A DNA stretch of 63,378 nt, counting the filler, from Malassezia furfur (Eukaryota): the NCBI GenBank assembly GCA_052055015.1. It is 16 parts of 16 records of this genome, joined end to end, with 100 filler letters (N's around TTAATTAATTAA, not from the genome) between each part and the next. Parts side by side here need not be neighbours in the genome. Positions count along the whole stretch, not along the records: positions 8,194 to 12,142 come from JBQJIT010000716.1; positions 12,243 to 16,147 come from JBQJIT010000717.1; positions 16,248 to 20,137 come from JBQJIT010000718.1; positions 20,238 to 24,124 come from JBQJIT010000719.1; 12 more parts are not named here. One strand, given 5' to 3'. The position numbers and the translations under genes are program-made. This document shows positions 11,501 through 21,925 of the stretch, in pieces. Below the pieces are notes generated by a model. That model saw only the letters and a program-made list of their open reading frames with translations. It was not told the DNA's origin and ran no database searches. Each line of letters begins with the position of its first letter. Position 1 is the stretch's first letter.

Positions 11501-12142
11501 CGGCGGCGGGCGCGTCGTCCGCCTGGCCGTCCGCGAGACGCACGCGCTTGTGTGCATCGGGTGCACCGTCGGCGGGTGCCTCCGCCGACGCCTCACGCTC
11601 CGACTCGGCGTGCGGCGCCGGAGCCGACGCGGACCGTGCGCGCTTGTGCGCGCGCTCGATCGTCGCGTCCACGAGGTCATGGGGCTCAATCGCCTCGCCC
11701 TGCTGCCGCGCGCTGTACCGCAGCCCGTTGGGGCGCCGTGGGTGCACCTCGGCGGCTTTTTGGCGCTCGGCCTCCTGCTTCGCGGCCTCTTCGCGCGCCA
11801 AGACGCGCTGGGCCATCCGCTCGCACTCGGCGCGGAAGGACGCGTCGATGTACTGGTCGAGCAGAATGGCTGCAAGGTTCTGCATTTGGCGCGCGCGGAA
11901 CACGCGGTCGGCGTCGACCTCGCGCGCCTCTTCGGCATTGGACACCATCTTTTGGATGTCGTCCATGAATGCGTCGCAGGTGAGGTAGCCGTTGTAGTAG
12001 AGCCGCTTTTGCATCTTGTCGAGGGACATGGTATAGATGGTAAAGTCGCGGTAGATGTACGGCGAGTCGTCGTCGGCCTGCGCGTCGGGCGCCGGCGGGG
12101 GGTGCGGCGGGCCGCCCAGCGCTACACCCTAAGGATACCCGA
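11500..12142 (-). CDS. YTA7: Bromodomain region of AAA-ATPase Yta7/ATAD2 (internal fragment)
   Basis: MSLDKMQKRLYYNGYLTCDAFMDDIQKMVSNA...DADRVFRARQM...FRAECERMAQR resembles the non-canonical bromodomain of fungal Yta7. Confidence 0.7.
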
Positions 12143-12282
12143 NNNNNNNNNNNNNNNNNNNNNNNNNNNNNNNNNNNNNNNNNNNNTTAATTAATTAANN
12201 NNNNNNNNNNNNNNNNNNNNNNNNNNNNNNNNNNNNNNNNNNCGCGCGACGCGACGCGCCGCCACTGTAACACTTTGCTACG

Positions 12283-13199
12283 ATGGAGGGTAGGTCGGCT
12301 CGGCTCAATGCAGGGTACGGAGACAATCCGTTTGGACAGAACTACTCGACGGGAGGCGGCAACATGGGTGGCGGCGGCTTCTTTGGTGGCGCCAACGGCA
12401 GCCAGGAAGGCGGGCGGGTACGTGGTCGCCAAGCTCACCCAGCGCGTCGGGACGAATTCGCTGCGCCCTGTGACGGTGCGCCAGGTACTGAATGCGTCGC
12501 AGCCGCACTCGGATGCGCCATTCACGTTTGACAATGCCGAGCTGAGCCAAGTCACCCTAGTTGCATGGATTCAAAACATCTCGCGGAATGCGACCAACGT
12601 GTCTTACACGCTCGACGACGGCACCGGCCAGCTCGATGTGCGCCAGTGGATCGACAACTCGATGGACGAGGGCGCCAAAGTCGACGAGTTCCACACGAAC
12701 GAATACGTGCGCGTGTTGGGCGAGGTCAAGTCGTTCAACAACAAGCGCAGCGTGACGGCGGCGTCGATTGCACGGCTTGAGGACCACAACGAGTATCTTT
12801 TCCACCAGCTCGATGTGATCTACACGCACCTTCAGCTGGCCAAGGGCAGTGGCGCCGTACGTGTTTTGACTGACGCACAGTCCAGCAAGGCCCCGGGTCT
12901 CAACCAAGACGCCTCGGCGTACGACGACGCCTCGGTGGCCATCGACGCCTCCTCCGCGGACTTGTCGCACTTGACGCCGCTCCAGCGCCGCATCTATGGT
13001 GCAATCACCGCCGAGGCACCCGACTACCCCGAGGGTGTCGACGTGCAGCAGATTGTGGCACGGTGCAAGAATGCGGACCCTGCGCAGATCCAGTGCGTTG
13101 CTTGCCTGCTTACCCAGGGACGCCATCGACGAACTGGCCAACGACGGGTACATTTACCAGGCCAGCGACGAAACCCATTACCTCACGACCGCTGGATAA
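12283..13199 (+). CDS. RFA2: Replication protein A subunit 2 (RPA32); introns 12290-12313, 12418-12442, 12857-12880, 13093-13117
   Basis: Gly-rich N-terminus, SLRPVTVRQV, OB fold (YTLDDGTGQLDVRQW; YVRVLGEVKSFNNKR), winged-helix tail (AIDELANDGYIY...DETHY). The two 25-nt introns are required for frame. Confidence 0.93.
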
Positions 13200-13442
13200 C
13201 GGCGCGACTCGACATCACGCGGGTCTTATAGTACAGGAGCTACACAGCGCGAGTGTCCATGGTGTAGGGAATATGCACATCGATAGACATGTCATACGGT
13301 ACGGTCGGAGGTGTGCCATCATCCACAACGTACTGCTCGCGCGTGGCGGCGCGCCTGGCAGTCTGTGGGCGCGTGGTCGACGTTTGAATGGATGCGGGGC
13401 GTCGCTCCTTCACCGCTCGTGGGGGCACCACAACCGCGCCGC

Positions 13443-13706
13443 TCAGTCAAAGAAGCGCACATCAGAGCGCTTGGGTTCTGTGTGAATGGGCGCAGGACGT
13501 ACGGATGAGCGGATGCAGCTGTGCCATGTACACACAGAACCACATCAGATAGCAACACGACAGCGTGAGCACGACGCTCGAGCGAATCAAACTGCATCAG
13601 TACAGACCACCTACACCTGGTTCGGACCCTTGGGCGTGCTCGTCCACGTCACTGCGCCAATGATCACCGCGACAATCAAGACCCAGATGGTCGTCCAGCC
13701 CGACAT
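13443..13706 (-). CDS. VMA9: V-ATPase V0 subunit e; introns 13592-13614 (23 nt) and 13478-13502 (25 nt)
   Basis: Spliced product MSGWTTIWVLIVAV...PKGPNQVLIRSSVVLTLSCCYLMWFCVYMAQLHPLIQPKRSDVRFFD*. It is missing from the ORF track as a single ORF. Confidence 0.92.
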
Positions 13707-13787
13707 GGTGGCTCGCAAGGGGACGCCCGCTGCGTCACGTGCTACGGGCCACGACGTGCGGCGCGCGTGTGGAGCAACGAGCGGGGG

Positions 13788-15371
13788 ATGGACCTGGGCC
13801 TGGGCCGCGTGCAGGCGCTGCTGCGCCGCGTCGGCTCGCCGCATACGCGCTTCCCGGTGATTCATGTGGCGGGGACCAACGGGAAAGGAAGCACGACCGC
13901 GTACCTCGATAGCTTGCTGACGCATGGTGTTGGGCTGCGGTCGGCGCGTTTCAACAGTCCGCACCTTATGCTGCCGCGCGATTGTGCGCGCGTGCACGGT
14001 GGGGTGCCAATCGATGCACAAACATGGGCATTGGCCGAGCAGCAGACACGCTCTGCGGATGTATCGGGTGGTGCATCCGGTTCGGACGCGCCGATCGACG
14101 CGACACCGTTTGAACTGCTCACCGTGCAAACGCTGCTCGCATTTACGCTGCTGCCGCCGGACGCGCGGCCCGAGGTCCTGGTGATCGAGGTCGGCGTGGG
14201 CGGCCGGCTGGACGCGACCAATGTGTTCCCTGCGGAAAATGTGCTGGCCAGCGTCATCTGTCCCATCGACCTCGACCACGAAAAGCTCCTAGGCGAAGGG
14301 CTTGCGGCCATTGCGCACGAAAAAGCGGGCATCGTCAAACCGCGAGGCTTGTGTGTTGTTGCGGACCAGCGGCGCACGCATCTTGCGCCCGGACGTGGAA
14401 TGCGTGCCGCGCCTGTCGAAGCGTCCATCTTGGCCTCGCTGCAGCAAACGTGCCTTCGACAGGACGCCCGCGTGGTGCCGACGACAATCCCCTACGACGC
14501 ATTGCAGCTGGGTGCGCCTCCGAGTGTGGCGGATATCGCGCGCCTGCGCGCGCCCGTGGCCTTTTCTTTGCCGCTGCACGGCGTCGGCGCGGCGGCGGAC
14601 CCGTGGTATGCGCCCGTTGAGGGTTCGGTGGATGTCCAGGTGGAAGCGACGCCAGCGCGGCTCACGGGCAGCACTACGGCGCTCCAAACGCTCTGGAGCA
14701 TTGCACACGACCGCAGCGAGGTGGGCCATGCAGACGCAGCGGCACGGCAGGCGATCCGCGATGCGATTCGCACCCAGCTCTTTGGCGCGGATGCGGCGTG
14801 TGCGGCGCGGGTGCAGGATGCGCTCGTGCGCTACGTGTGGGAAGGACGGAGCGAGTGGAAGACGCTGGGCGCGCACACGCCGCTGCTCCTAGATGGCGCA
14901 CACAACGCAGCGTCGGCGGCGGCGCTGCGGCTGTACCTCGAGGCATGCCTGGACACGTACGCGTCGACGGCAGCAGGGGCGTCGCCGTCGCCGCCTGTGG
15001 ACGTGCACCTCACGTGGATCATGGCGTTTTCCGAGGGCAAGGACCAGCGCGGCATGCTCGACGCGCTTCTGCGCGGCTGGCGCACGTCGGGTGCGTGGCG
15101 GTGCGTGGCACAGCGCGTGGCATTCGTGCCCTTTTCGACGCCGGTCGAAGGCATGCCGTGGGTGCACACCGCGGCGCCCGACGCGCTGCGCGCGACGCTC
15201 GCAGCGGCCCACGTGCCCGGGGTTGGCGCGGCGCAGGTGACGACGTGGGCGACGCTGCGGGAGGCGCTGGCGTGGGCCGTCGCGACGCCGCAGCCGGCGC
15301 TCGAGGTGGTGGTGGTGTGTGGCAGTCTGTACCTGGCGAGCGACTACTACCGGGATTCGTGCGAGGCATAA
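13788..15371 (+). CDS. FOL3: Dihydrofolate synthase / folylpolyglutamate synthase
   Basis: MDLGLGRV, IHVAGTNGKGST, FNSPHL, TPFELLT, IEVGVGGRLDATNV, LLDGAHN, VCGSLYL. Confidence 0.9.
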   Translation: MDLGLGRVQALLRRVGSPHTRFPVIHVAGTNGKGSTTAYLDSLLTHGVGLRSARFNSPHLMLPRDCARVHGGVPIDAQTWALAEQQTRSADVSGGASGSDAPIDATPFELLTVQTLLAFTLLPPDARPEVLVIEVGVGGRLDATNVFPAENVLASVICPIDLDHEKLLGEGLAAIAHEKAGIVKPRGLCVVADQRRTHLAPGRGMRAAPVEASILASLQQTCLRQDARVVPTTIPYDALQLGAPPSVADIARLRAPVAFSLPLHGVGAAADPWYAPVEGSVDVQVEATPARLTGSTTALQTLWSIAHDRSEVGHADAAARQAIRDAIRTQLFGADAACAARVQDALVRYVWEGRSEWKTLGAHTPLLLDGAHNAASAAALRLYLEACLDTYASTAAGASPSPPVDVHLTWIMAFSEGKDQRGMLDALLRGWRTSGAWRCVAQRVAFVPFSTPVEGMPWVHTAAPDALRATLAAAHVPGVGAAQVTTWATLREALAWAVATPQPALEVVVVCGSLYLASDYYRDSCEA

Positions 15372-15434
15372 AGAAGATCTATACTAGGTTTACATAGACA
15401 TACAAGCGCCGCGCGGCGCTGCCCCCCGTGCTCC

Positions 15435-16147
15435 TCACGACGCGCCCGGCGCGTCGGCGTCGCCGCCGTAGGGGGCCGCGTGCGAGTGCACGGGCTGCGC
15501 CCAGAACCCGACGTAGGCGGGCGCTGCTGGGGCGTGCGACGATGTGTCGGCGGGCATGGCGTCCGGCGGCGGATCCGGCGCGCCGTCGTCCATGGCCACG
15601 AGGTCGCTTGCCGTGACGCTGTTGCTGCTGAGCAGGCTCGACGACACGGCACGCGCGGTGCGGTGGCGGTTGCGCAGGCTGAGCTGCCGTGCCATGTTCC
15701 ACGAGGTGAGTGCACTGACGTGGCGCTGCGCATACGTGTCGCTGCCCGCGTCGCGCTCCTCGCCGCGGCTCGGCCCGGGTGGGAGAAGCACCGGGCTGTT
15801 GGGCACGTGGATGCCGAGGTCAAAGTCGGGCGCGCGCGCAAGCGCCTCGGGCGACGCGCCGTTGGGCGAGCGGCTCGGCGCGGGCCACGATGCGGCAATC
15901 ACCTCGAGCACGCCGTGCTCCTGCACGTCCTGCACCTCGTGCTCGCGCAGCGTCGTCGTCGTTGGGTCGTTCTCATGCACGTTGAGCGAGCCCGCAATGA
16001 TGGGTGGCGGCAGCGTATGCCCCGGGAAGGCGGCGCCCACGCGCGGCGCCAGCACGGGGCTCGGCGCGTCCGAGGGCGGGGCGGTGCCGGGTGCGCTTTC
16101 GCTCGCGTCCGGGTCGAGCGTCTCGACGCTCGCGGCGCTGACGCCGC
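15435..16147 (-). CDS. Hypothetical protein, low-complexity C-terminal fragment
   Basis: Open frame from the gap to a stop at 15435 with coding-like codon bias. No recognised domain. Confidence 0.45.
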
Positions 16148-16247
16148 NNNNNNNNNNNNNNNNNNNNNNNNNNNNNNNNNNNNNNNNNNNNTTAATTAAT
16201 TAANNNNNNNNNNNNNNNNNNNNNNNNNNNNNNNNNNNNNNNNNNNN

Positions 16248-16440
16248 CCGACATAAACAGGCACACGGACAGCACCAGGAAGGCGAGCACATGCCCATTC
16301 CCGCCGGACGCGAGCAGCAGCCCAATGAGCGTGATAAACAGCCCGTAGAAGGCCATGTTCATGATCCGATGCGTCGGCGTGTTGACGCCCTCGTGGAACA
16401 CGCTCTCCCACACGCTCTCCAGCGCCGACGTCACACCCAT
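16248..16440 (-). CDS. PKR1: V-ATPase assembly factor Pkr1, N-terminal fragment
   Basis: MGVTSALESVWESVFHEGVNTPTHRIMNMAFYGLFITLIGLLLASGGNGHV matches the Pkr1 pattern W.S.F..G...N.H followed by TM helices. Confidence 0.8.
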
Positions 16441-16492
16441 GGCGGCACAGCACGGCGTGCGAGGGTGCTGAGTCAGCACTTTTTGTTCGTCC

Positions 16493-17698
16493 ATGCGTTG
16501 GTTCCTACAGGGGTCGGAGCGCCGTGCCGCGCCCAGCGTGCATGTCGACTGGTCGCTGTACGGCGGCATGGAGGAGACGGCGCCTGGCGAGAAGTATACT
16601 CCGGCTGTGGCGGTCCCCGGGAAGCCATGGATGCCGTCGATTGCCAAGGCGCCGTTGCCTGACGACGACTTTCTGTGGGCACTCAATGAAGAGCCGCACC
16701 GCACGCGGCGCCTCGCCATCCTCAAAGCGCACCCCGAAGTGAAGAAGCTCATGGGCCACGAGCCGTTGACAAAGTATGTCGTGATGTCGGTGGTCCTGCT
16801 CCAGCTGGGCCTGGCCTGGGCAATGTACGCCTACCATATCCACCCGCTCGACTGGCGGTTCCTACTGACCGCGTACGTGATCGGTGGCACGGCCAACCAG
16901 CACATCTTTTTGGCGATCCACGAGATCACGCACAACCTCGCATTTAAGAGCATCCGCGCCAACCGGATCCTGGCGATCATCGCCAATCTGCCGATTGGCA
17001 TTCCGTATGCGATGCTGTTCAAGCCGTACCACATCGAGCACCACAAGCACCTCGGTGAGGACGGCATCGATACGGATATGCCGACGCGAGTGGAGCTGTA
17101 CTGCCTCAACAATGTGCTCGGCAAGGCGTTCTTTGCCACCTTCCAGCTCCTCTTCTATGCGCTGCGCCCGGGCTTTGTGCGCGTGCAGCGGCTGACCAAC
17201 TGGCATCTGCTGAACCTCAGTGTGCAGCTCGTGTTTGACGCGGTTCTATTCGAGGCTGCGGGCCGGTCGTGGACGCCGCTTCTCTACCTCCTCGAGAGCT
17301 CCTTCTTTGCGGGGTCGCTGCACCCCATGGCGGGCCACTTTATTGCAGAGCACTACATGTTCAGCAACATTGAGCAAGAAACCTGGAGCTACTACGGCCC
17401 GCTCAACATCTTTTTGTACAATGTCGGATACCACAACGAGCACCACGACTTCCCGTCTGTGCCGTGGACGCGCCTACCTGCACTGCACCGCCTTGCGTCC
17501 GAGTTTTACACGGTTTTGCCTTACCACACGTCGTGGACCATGGTGATCCTCGAGTTCATCTTTAGCGACCACTCCGGGATGAACATGCGTGTCAAGCGCA
17601 AGCACACTGGCCCGGATCCCTCGAAAGAAAAGCCCATCGAGGACGACCCCAACAGCGCCGGGTGGGAGCTACGCGAACAGCCCGTGCTGCGTACCTAG
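16493..17698 (+). CDS. DES1: Sphingolipid delta-4 desaturase
   Basis: DFLWALNEEPHRTRRLAILKAHPEV and His boxes HEITH, HIEHH, HNEHHDFP. Confidence 0.95.
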   Translation: MRWFLQGSERRAAPSVHVDWSLYGGMEETAPGEKYTPAVAVPGKPWMPSIAKAPLPDDDFLWALNEEPHRTRRLAILKAHPEVKKLMGHEPLTKYVVMSVVLLQLGLAWAMYAYHIHPLDWRFLLTAYVIGGTANQHIFLAIHEITHNLAFKSIRANRILAIIANLPIGIPYAMLFKPYHIEHHKHLGEDGIDTDMPTRVELYCLNNVLGKAFFATFQLLFYALRPGFVRVQRLTNWHLLNLSVQLVFDAVLFEAAGRSWTPLLYLLESSFFAGSLHPMAGHFIAEHYMFSNIEQETWSYYGPLNIFLYNVGYHNEHHDFPSVPWTRLPALHRLASEFYTVLPYHTSWTMVILEFIFSDHSGMNMRVKRKHTGPDPSKEKPIEDDPNSAGWELREQPVLRT

Positions 17699-17743
17699 TG
17701 TGAAAGTAGTCGGTCATCGGGCCATCGGGCACCTCTCTCCACC

Positions 17744-19300
17744 ATGACCCCACTCCCGCCTTGGCCTCCGCACGAACTGGTTGAGGATGCGCGCAATGCG
17801 TCGGTGACGAGCGATGCGCGCGACTATGCGCTGTCCCACGGCCTGGTGTACCGTGCGCTCCCCGCGCATCAGGGTGAGGACCCGCCGCAGGACACGACAA
17901 TCCATGCGCCGCTGACGCTGCTGCCGACGCCGTTCCCGCGGCACCTGTTCGAAAAGGCGATCGAGCTGCAGCCGCTGTACAACACGCTGTACGCACGCCT
18001 CGCGCTTGACAATGAGTTCATCCGCACGATCATGGAGGACTCGGTCGTGCACGTCGACGACTTCCAGGCGCGTCTTTACCACATCTGGCGCACGGTGCTC
18101 GACGAGGGCCTCTCACAGACGACGCAGTCCGGCTTGTTCCGCTCAGACTACCTGATGCACACGCTGCCCAACGGTGGTATGGAGCTCAAGCAGGTCGAGT
18201 TCAACACCATCTCGGCGTCATTCGGGCCGCTGTGCACGCGCACCTCGGCCATGCACCACTTCCTTCTGAACAAGGGCGGCTACGAGGCGCTGCACCCCGC
18301 GCTCACCAAGGAGAACATGCCGACAAACGAGGCGCTCGAGACGTTGGCCGCAGGCCTCGCCGACGCCCACAACCACTACATCGAAGAGCTGCGCAACCAA
18401 ACGCGCACGCTCAAGCCTGTTGTACTCTTCATTGTGCAGGGTAACGAGCGGAACACGTTTGACCAGCGCGCCATCGAGATGGTGCTCATGGAGAAGCACG
18501 GTGTGCCGGTGATCCGCGCGACGTTTGAGCAGCTCGCCAGCATGGCGTCGCTGCACGGCAGCGAGCGCATCCTTATGATCCAGTCGCCCGTGAGCCATGC
18601 GCCTGTCGAGGTGTCGGCCGTGTATTTCCGCACAGGCTACTCCCCCGAGGACTATACGGGCACGGCGTGGGACACGCGCTTGATGCTCGAGCGCAGCCAT
18701 GCGATCAAGTGCCCCACGATTGCGCTGCAGCTCGTCGGCTCGAAAAAGGCGCAGCAGGTGCTCTCCGAGCCGGGCGTGCTCGAGAAATACATTGGCACCG
18801 ATGCGGACAAGCTGCGTCTCTCGTTTGCCGAGATGTGGCCCATGGACCCCAACACGGAGCTCGGCAAGGAGGCACACCGCCTCGTGCGCGCCCACCCAGA
18901 GAACTACGTGCTCAAGCCGCAGCGCGAGGGCGGTGGCCACAACATCTACAAGGAGGACATTCCGCCTGCACTCGATGCCATGGAGAAGCGCGACAAGGAG
19001 CGCGAGGCGCGTGGCGAGGACAGTGTCAAGGAGTGTGAGGCCTACATTCTGATGAGCCTCATCAACACGCCGCCGGACCGCGGCAACCTCTTCCTGCGCG
19101 CGGGCCAGACGAGTGCACACGCCGAACTCGTGCGCGACACGGTCAGCGAGCTGGGTATCTACGGCACGGTGCTCTTCTCGCCCGAGGACATGACTGAAAG
19201 TCGCTCGGGCGGCTTCCTCCTGCGCACCAAGTCGCGCGAGAGCAACGAGGGCGGCGTCGCCGTGGGCTACAGTGTGATTGACACGCCGTTGCTGGTATAG
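17744..19300 (+). CDS. GSH2: Glutathione synthetase (eukaryotic type)
   Basis: HAPLTLLPTPFP, FRSDYL, KQVEFNTIS, ERNTFDQ, VLKPQREGGGHN, SELGIYG, EGGVAVG. Confidence 0.96.
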   Translation: MTPLPPWPPHELVEDARNASVTSDARDYALSHGLVYRALPAHQGEDPPQDTTIHAPLTLLPTPFPRHLFEKAIELQPLYNTLYARLALDNEFIRTIMEDSVVHVDDFQARLYHIWRTVLDEGLSQTTQSGLFRSDYLMHTLPNGGMELKQVEFNTISASFGPLCTRTSAMHHFLLNKGGYEALHPALTKENMPTNEALETLAAGLADAHNHYIEELRNQTRTLKPVVLFIVQGNERNTFDQRAIEMVLMEKHGVPVIRATFEQLASMASLHGSERILMIQSPVSHAPVEVSAVYFRTGYSPEDYTGTAWDTRLMLERSHAIKCPTIALQLVGSKKAQQVLSEPGVLEKYIGTDADKLRLSFAEMWPMDPNTELGKEAHRLVRAHPENYVLKPQREGGGHNIYKEDIPPALDAMEKRDKEREARGEDSVKECEAYILMSLINTPPDRGNLFLRAGQTSAHAELVRDTVSELGIYGTVLFSPEDMTESRSGGFLLRTKSRESNEGGVAVGYSVIDTPLLV

Positions 19301-19325
19301 GACCGTAGCCAAAATACATGGGCCT

Positions 19326-20060
19326 TTAGCGACCCGTGCTCTGCAGAAGCTCGAGCTGCCGCCGCTCCTGCGCGAGCTCCTGGTCGAGGAGGATGAGCTC
19401 GCGGTCGATCTCGCTGCGGCGCTGCAGGAGGCGCTCCTTGTACTGATCGTCCGACAGCGGTACGACGATATCGTGCCGTTCCAAGAAGCGCATGAGCGCA
19501 TTGCGCGACGGCGCCGATTCCTGCGGCGCGTCCGGTGCCTTTGCTGCTGCGGGGGCTTCCGTGGGCGGTGCTTGCGCCGGTACGGCATGCGTGGGCTCAC
19601 TGCACCCGTAGGTTGACAAGGTGTTAGCCACCAGCATGATCTCGTTGCTGATCAGCTGCACACCAGTGCACAGGCCCGCAATGGTGAAAATCCCGGACAC
19701 CACCGGCCGGCGCAGGAAGGCGGCCGCGATGGCGCCCATCGTCCCACCGGCAAGGAACGTCGCGCGCAGGTTGTGCATGTGCGGGCCCTCAGAATGGGGC
19801 AGGTTGCGGTTCAGCACGGGCCGCACGACATACTCGCGGATGGCTGGGTGAGCAGGGCACGTACCAAAGAAGCCGAACGAGAAGGCGAGCCATCCCTTGG
19901 CGAAGCGCACACCAAGGACCGGCGGAGGCACGGGCCGGTTGGTGAGGACGCCAGTGGTGATGCCCACAATACCGCCAGCAAACGTGCCCAGCACCGTGCC
20001 GCCGGCGACGATGACCGGCGCGTTCGGTGCAACGAGCGGCGCAGCGTCCGACTCGGCCAT
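19326..20060 (-). CDS. Hypothetical membrane protein (Gly-rich TM helices, C-terminal coiled coil); probable 21-nt intron 19844-19864
   Basis: 244-aa ORF with several hydrophobic GxxxG segments. Contains GTACGT-GCCCTG-CTCAC-CCAG; removing it gives FFAIREY. Confidence 0.65.
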   Translation of the reverse strand: MAESDAAPLVAPNAPVIVAGGTVLGTFAGGIVGITTGVLTNRPVPPPVLGVRFAKGWLAFSFGFFGTCPAHPAIREYVVRPVLNRNLPHSEGPHMHNLRATFLAGGTMGAIAAAFLRRPVVSGIFTIAGLCTGVQLISNEIMLVANTLSTYGCSEPTHAVPAQAPPTEAPAAAKAPDAPQESAPSRNALMRFLERHDIVVPLSDDQYKERLLQRRSEIDRELILLDQELAQERRQLELLQSTGR

Positions 20061-20237
20061 GGTGGAGGCGCGAAGGTGTTGACCACGTGATGAAGCCGGG
20101 CACTGACGTCCGCTTTGGCGACGATGGTGCGTACCGANNNNNNNNNNNNNNNNNNNNNNNNNNNNNNNNNNNNNNNNNNNNTTAATTAATTAANNNNNNN
20201 NNNNNNNNNNNNNNNNNNNNNNNNNNNNNNNNNNNNN

Positions 20238-20752
20238 GCATCGACGACGTGTTTGCGCTCGCCGACGCGCTGCCGGACATGCGCGCCGAGGAGCGCGACG
20301 CACTCCTCCAGCTCGACAAGCGCCAGCTCGCCGACGTCGCGCGCTTCACCAATGCCTTCCCGTACATCGAGGTCTCGTTCACGATCGACGACGCCGACGC
20401 GCTCGACTCGACCACCCCGATCGTGCTCCACGCGACGCTCGAGCGCGACGCGGACGAGGACGAGACGGACACCACCGTCCTGGCGCCCTTCTTCCCGTCC
20501 AAGAAGCTCGCCGCGTGGTGGCTCGTCGTGGGCGATCCGGGCAGCCGCGCGCTGCTCAGCATCAAGCGCGTCACCATCGCGCACTCGGTCCAGGTGCGCC
20601 TCGAGTTCACGCTGCCGCCCGGCACGCACGACCGCCTGAAGCTCTACCTCATGTCGGACAGCTACGTCGGCGCCGACCGCGAGCTCACGATCGAGCCGCT
20701 CCAAGTCGCCGAGGGCGTCGAGGACGACGACGAGGACAACGAGGATGTATAG
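20238..20752 (+). CDS. BRR2: U5 snRNP helicase Brr2, C-terminal Sec63 domain fragment
   Basis: LADVARFTNAFP, VLAPFFPSKK...WWLVVGD...LLSIKRV, LYLMSDSYVGADRE and an acidic tail. Confidence 0.9.
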
Positions 20753-21114
20753 CATGCGCCTGCATCGTGCCGTAGACCCAAGCGAGGATCCGAGCTATAC
20801 GAGGACTATGTGCGGCAAAGATAGCCTTGGCGGTGGGCACGCCACGTCGCCGCCCGCCGCGCCGCCGCGCCGCCGCCGCTGCGCAGACACACACACCGCT
20901 CGAGCGCATGTGCCCCACCGGCCGCACGATCCCAGACGTTCCCACTCCCTCTTGGTCACGCGATCCTCTACGAAGCATGGGGTAGCATCACCTCACCCAC
21001 ACGCACCTGTGGGGAGAGCCAAGGTCGGCTCCACGTACCCCACAGTGTCAATGTCCTGACTAAGCTAGGCGCGTGCGTGTGGGGATCGGCGACCATGCGC
21101 CACGTCACGCGACA

Positions 21115-21730
21115 CTACAGACGCTCGTCAAGCATCATGGGCGCCGCGACCTTCGCACGGGCCTCGGCACCCAGGAGCTTCTCGACGATCGCGAGCGCGA
21201 ACACGAACGATGTGCCCGGGCCGCGGCTCGTGATGAGGTTCTTGGCGACGACGACCGCCTTTTCCTCGTACGCATAGGCTGTAGGTTAGTGACGCTCCCC
21301 CTGACGTACCCTCCTGGAGCTGCTCCTTGACGGACGGGTGGCTCGTGATCGGGCCGCCGAGCCCGATGCCAGCGTGCAGCGGCGCAAGGGAGCCGGCACA
21401 GATCGCACCGACCACCTTGTTGGCGTCGTACGTAGACTTGAGCATAGACAGCACCGCCTTGTCCTGCGACAGGATGTTGGCGCCGCCTGCGCCGCCAGGC
21501 ACGACGATGGCGTCATAGGGCGTGTCGTCGAGCTGCGCCAACGTCGTATCGGGCACGATTTTCACGCCGCGCGCCGCAGTGACGTACCCCGCCTCGGGCG
21601 TGTTGGGTGTGCCCTCCGCCGGGACGTACACCGACTGTGCGTCGATGCCGGCGCGAACGAGCACATCGTACGCGATGGCGAACTCCATCTCCTCCGTCCC
21701 CTCGGTCAACAAGACTAGTGCGCGGACCAT
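21115..21730 (-). CDS. DJ-1/PfpI family protein; intron 21279-21309 (31 nt)
   Basis: GTEEME...DVLVRAG, YDAIVVPGGAGGA, GAICAG (nucleophilic Cys), TSHP, and after splicing LITSRGPGTSFVFALAIVEKL. Confidence 0.92.
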
Positions 21731-21925
21731 GGTGGTGCACGGACGCAATTTCACGTGATGAACTGCAGGGTAGCGGGGCCGCGCGGCGCGGCCCCGCGGA
21801 GTAAGAGGGGGTCGCGCGGCAATTTTGTTGGGCGGCCGTGGCCGGGCGCGCGCAGGGACGCCGGCCCAAATTTCGCGGCGCGAAACTCAGACACAGCTTC
21901 TTGCATCTGCACCTCTCTATTCCCC

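Noticed and set aside
13240..13335. Possible VMA9 3'-UTR intron with snR30/U17-like words (ATATTCCCTA, ACCAT) or a C box (ATGATGG)
   Set aside because: No convincing branch point, no D box, and the two motifs are adjacent without the intervening stem needed for U17. The 63-aa ORF here is also unsupported.
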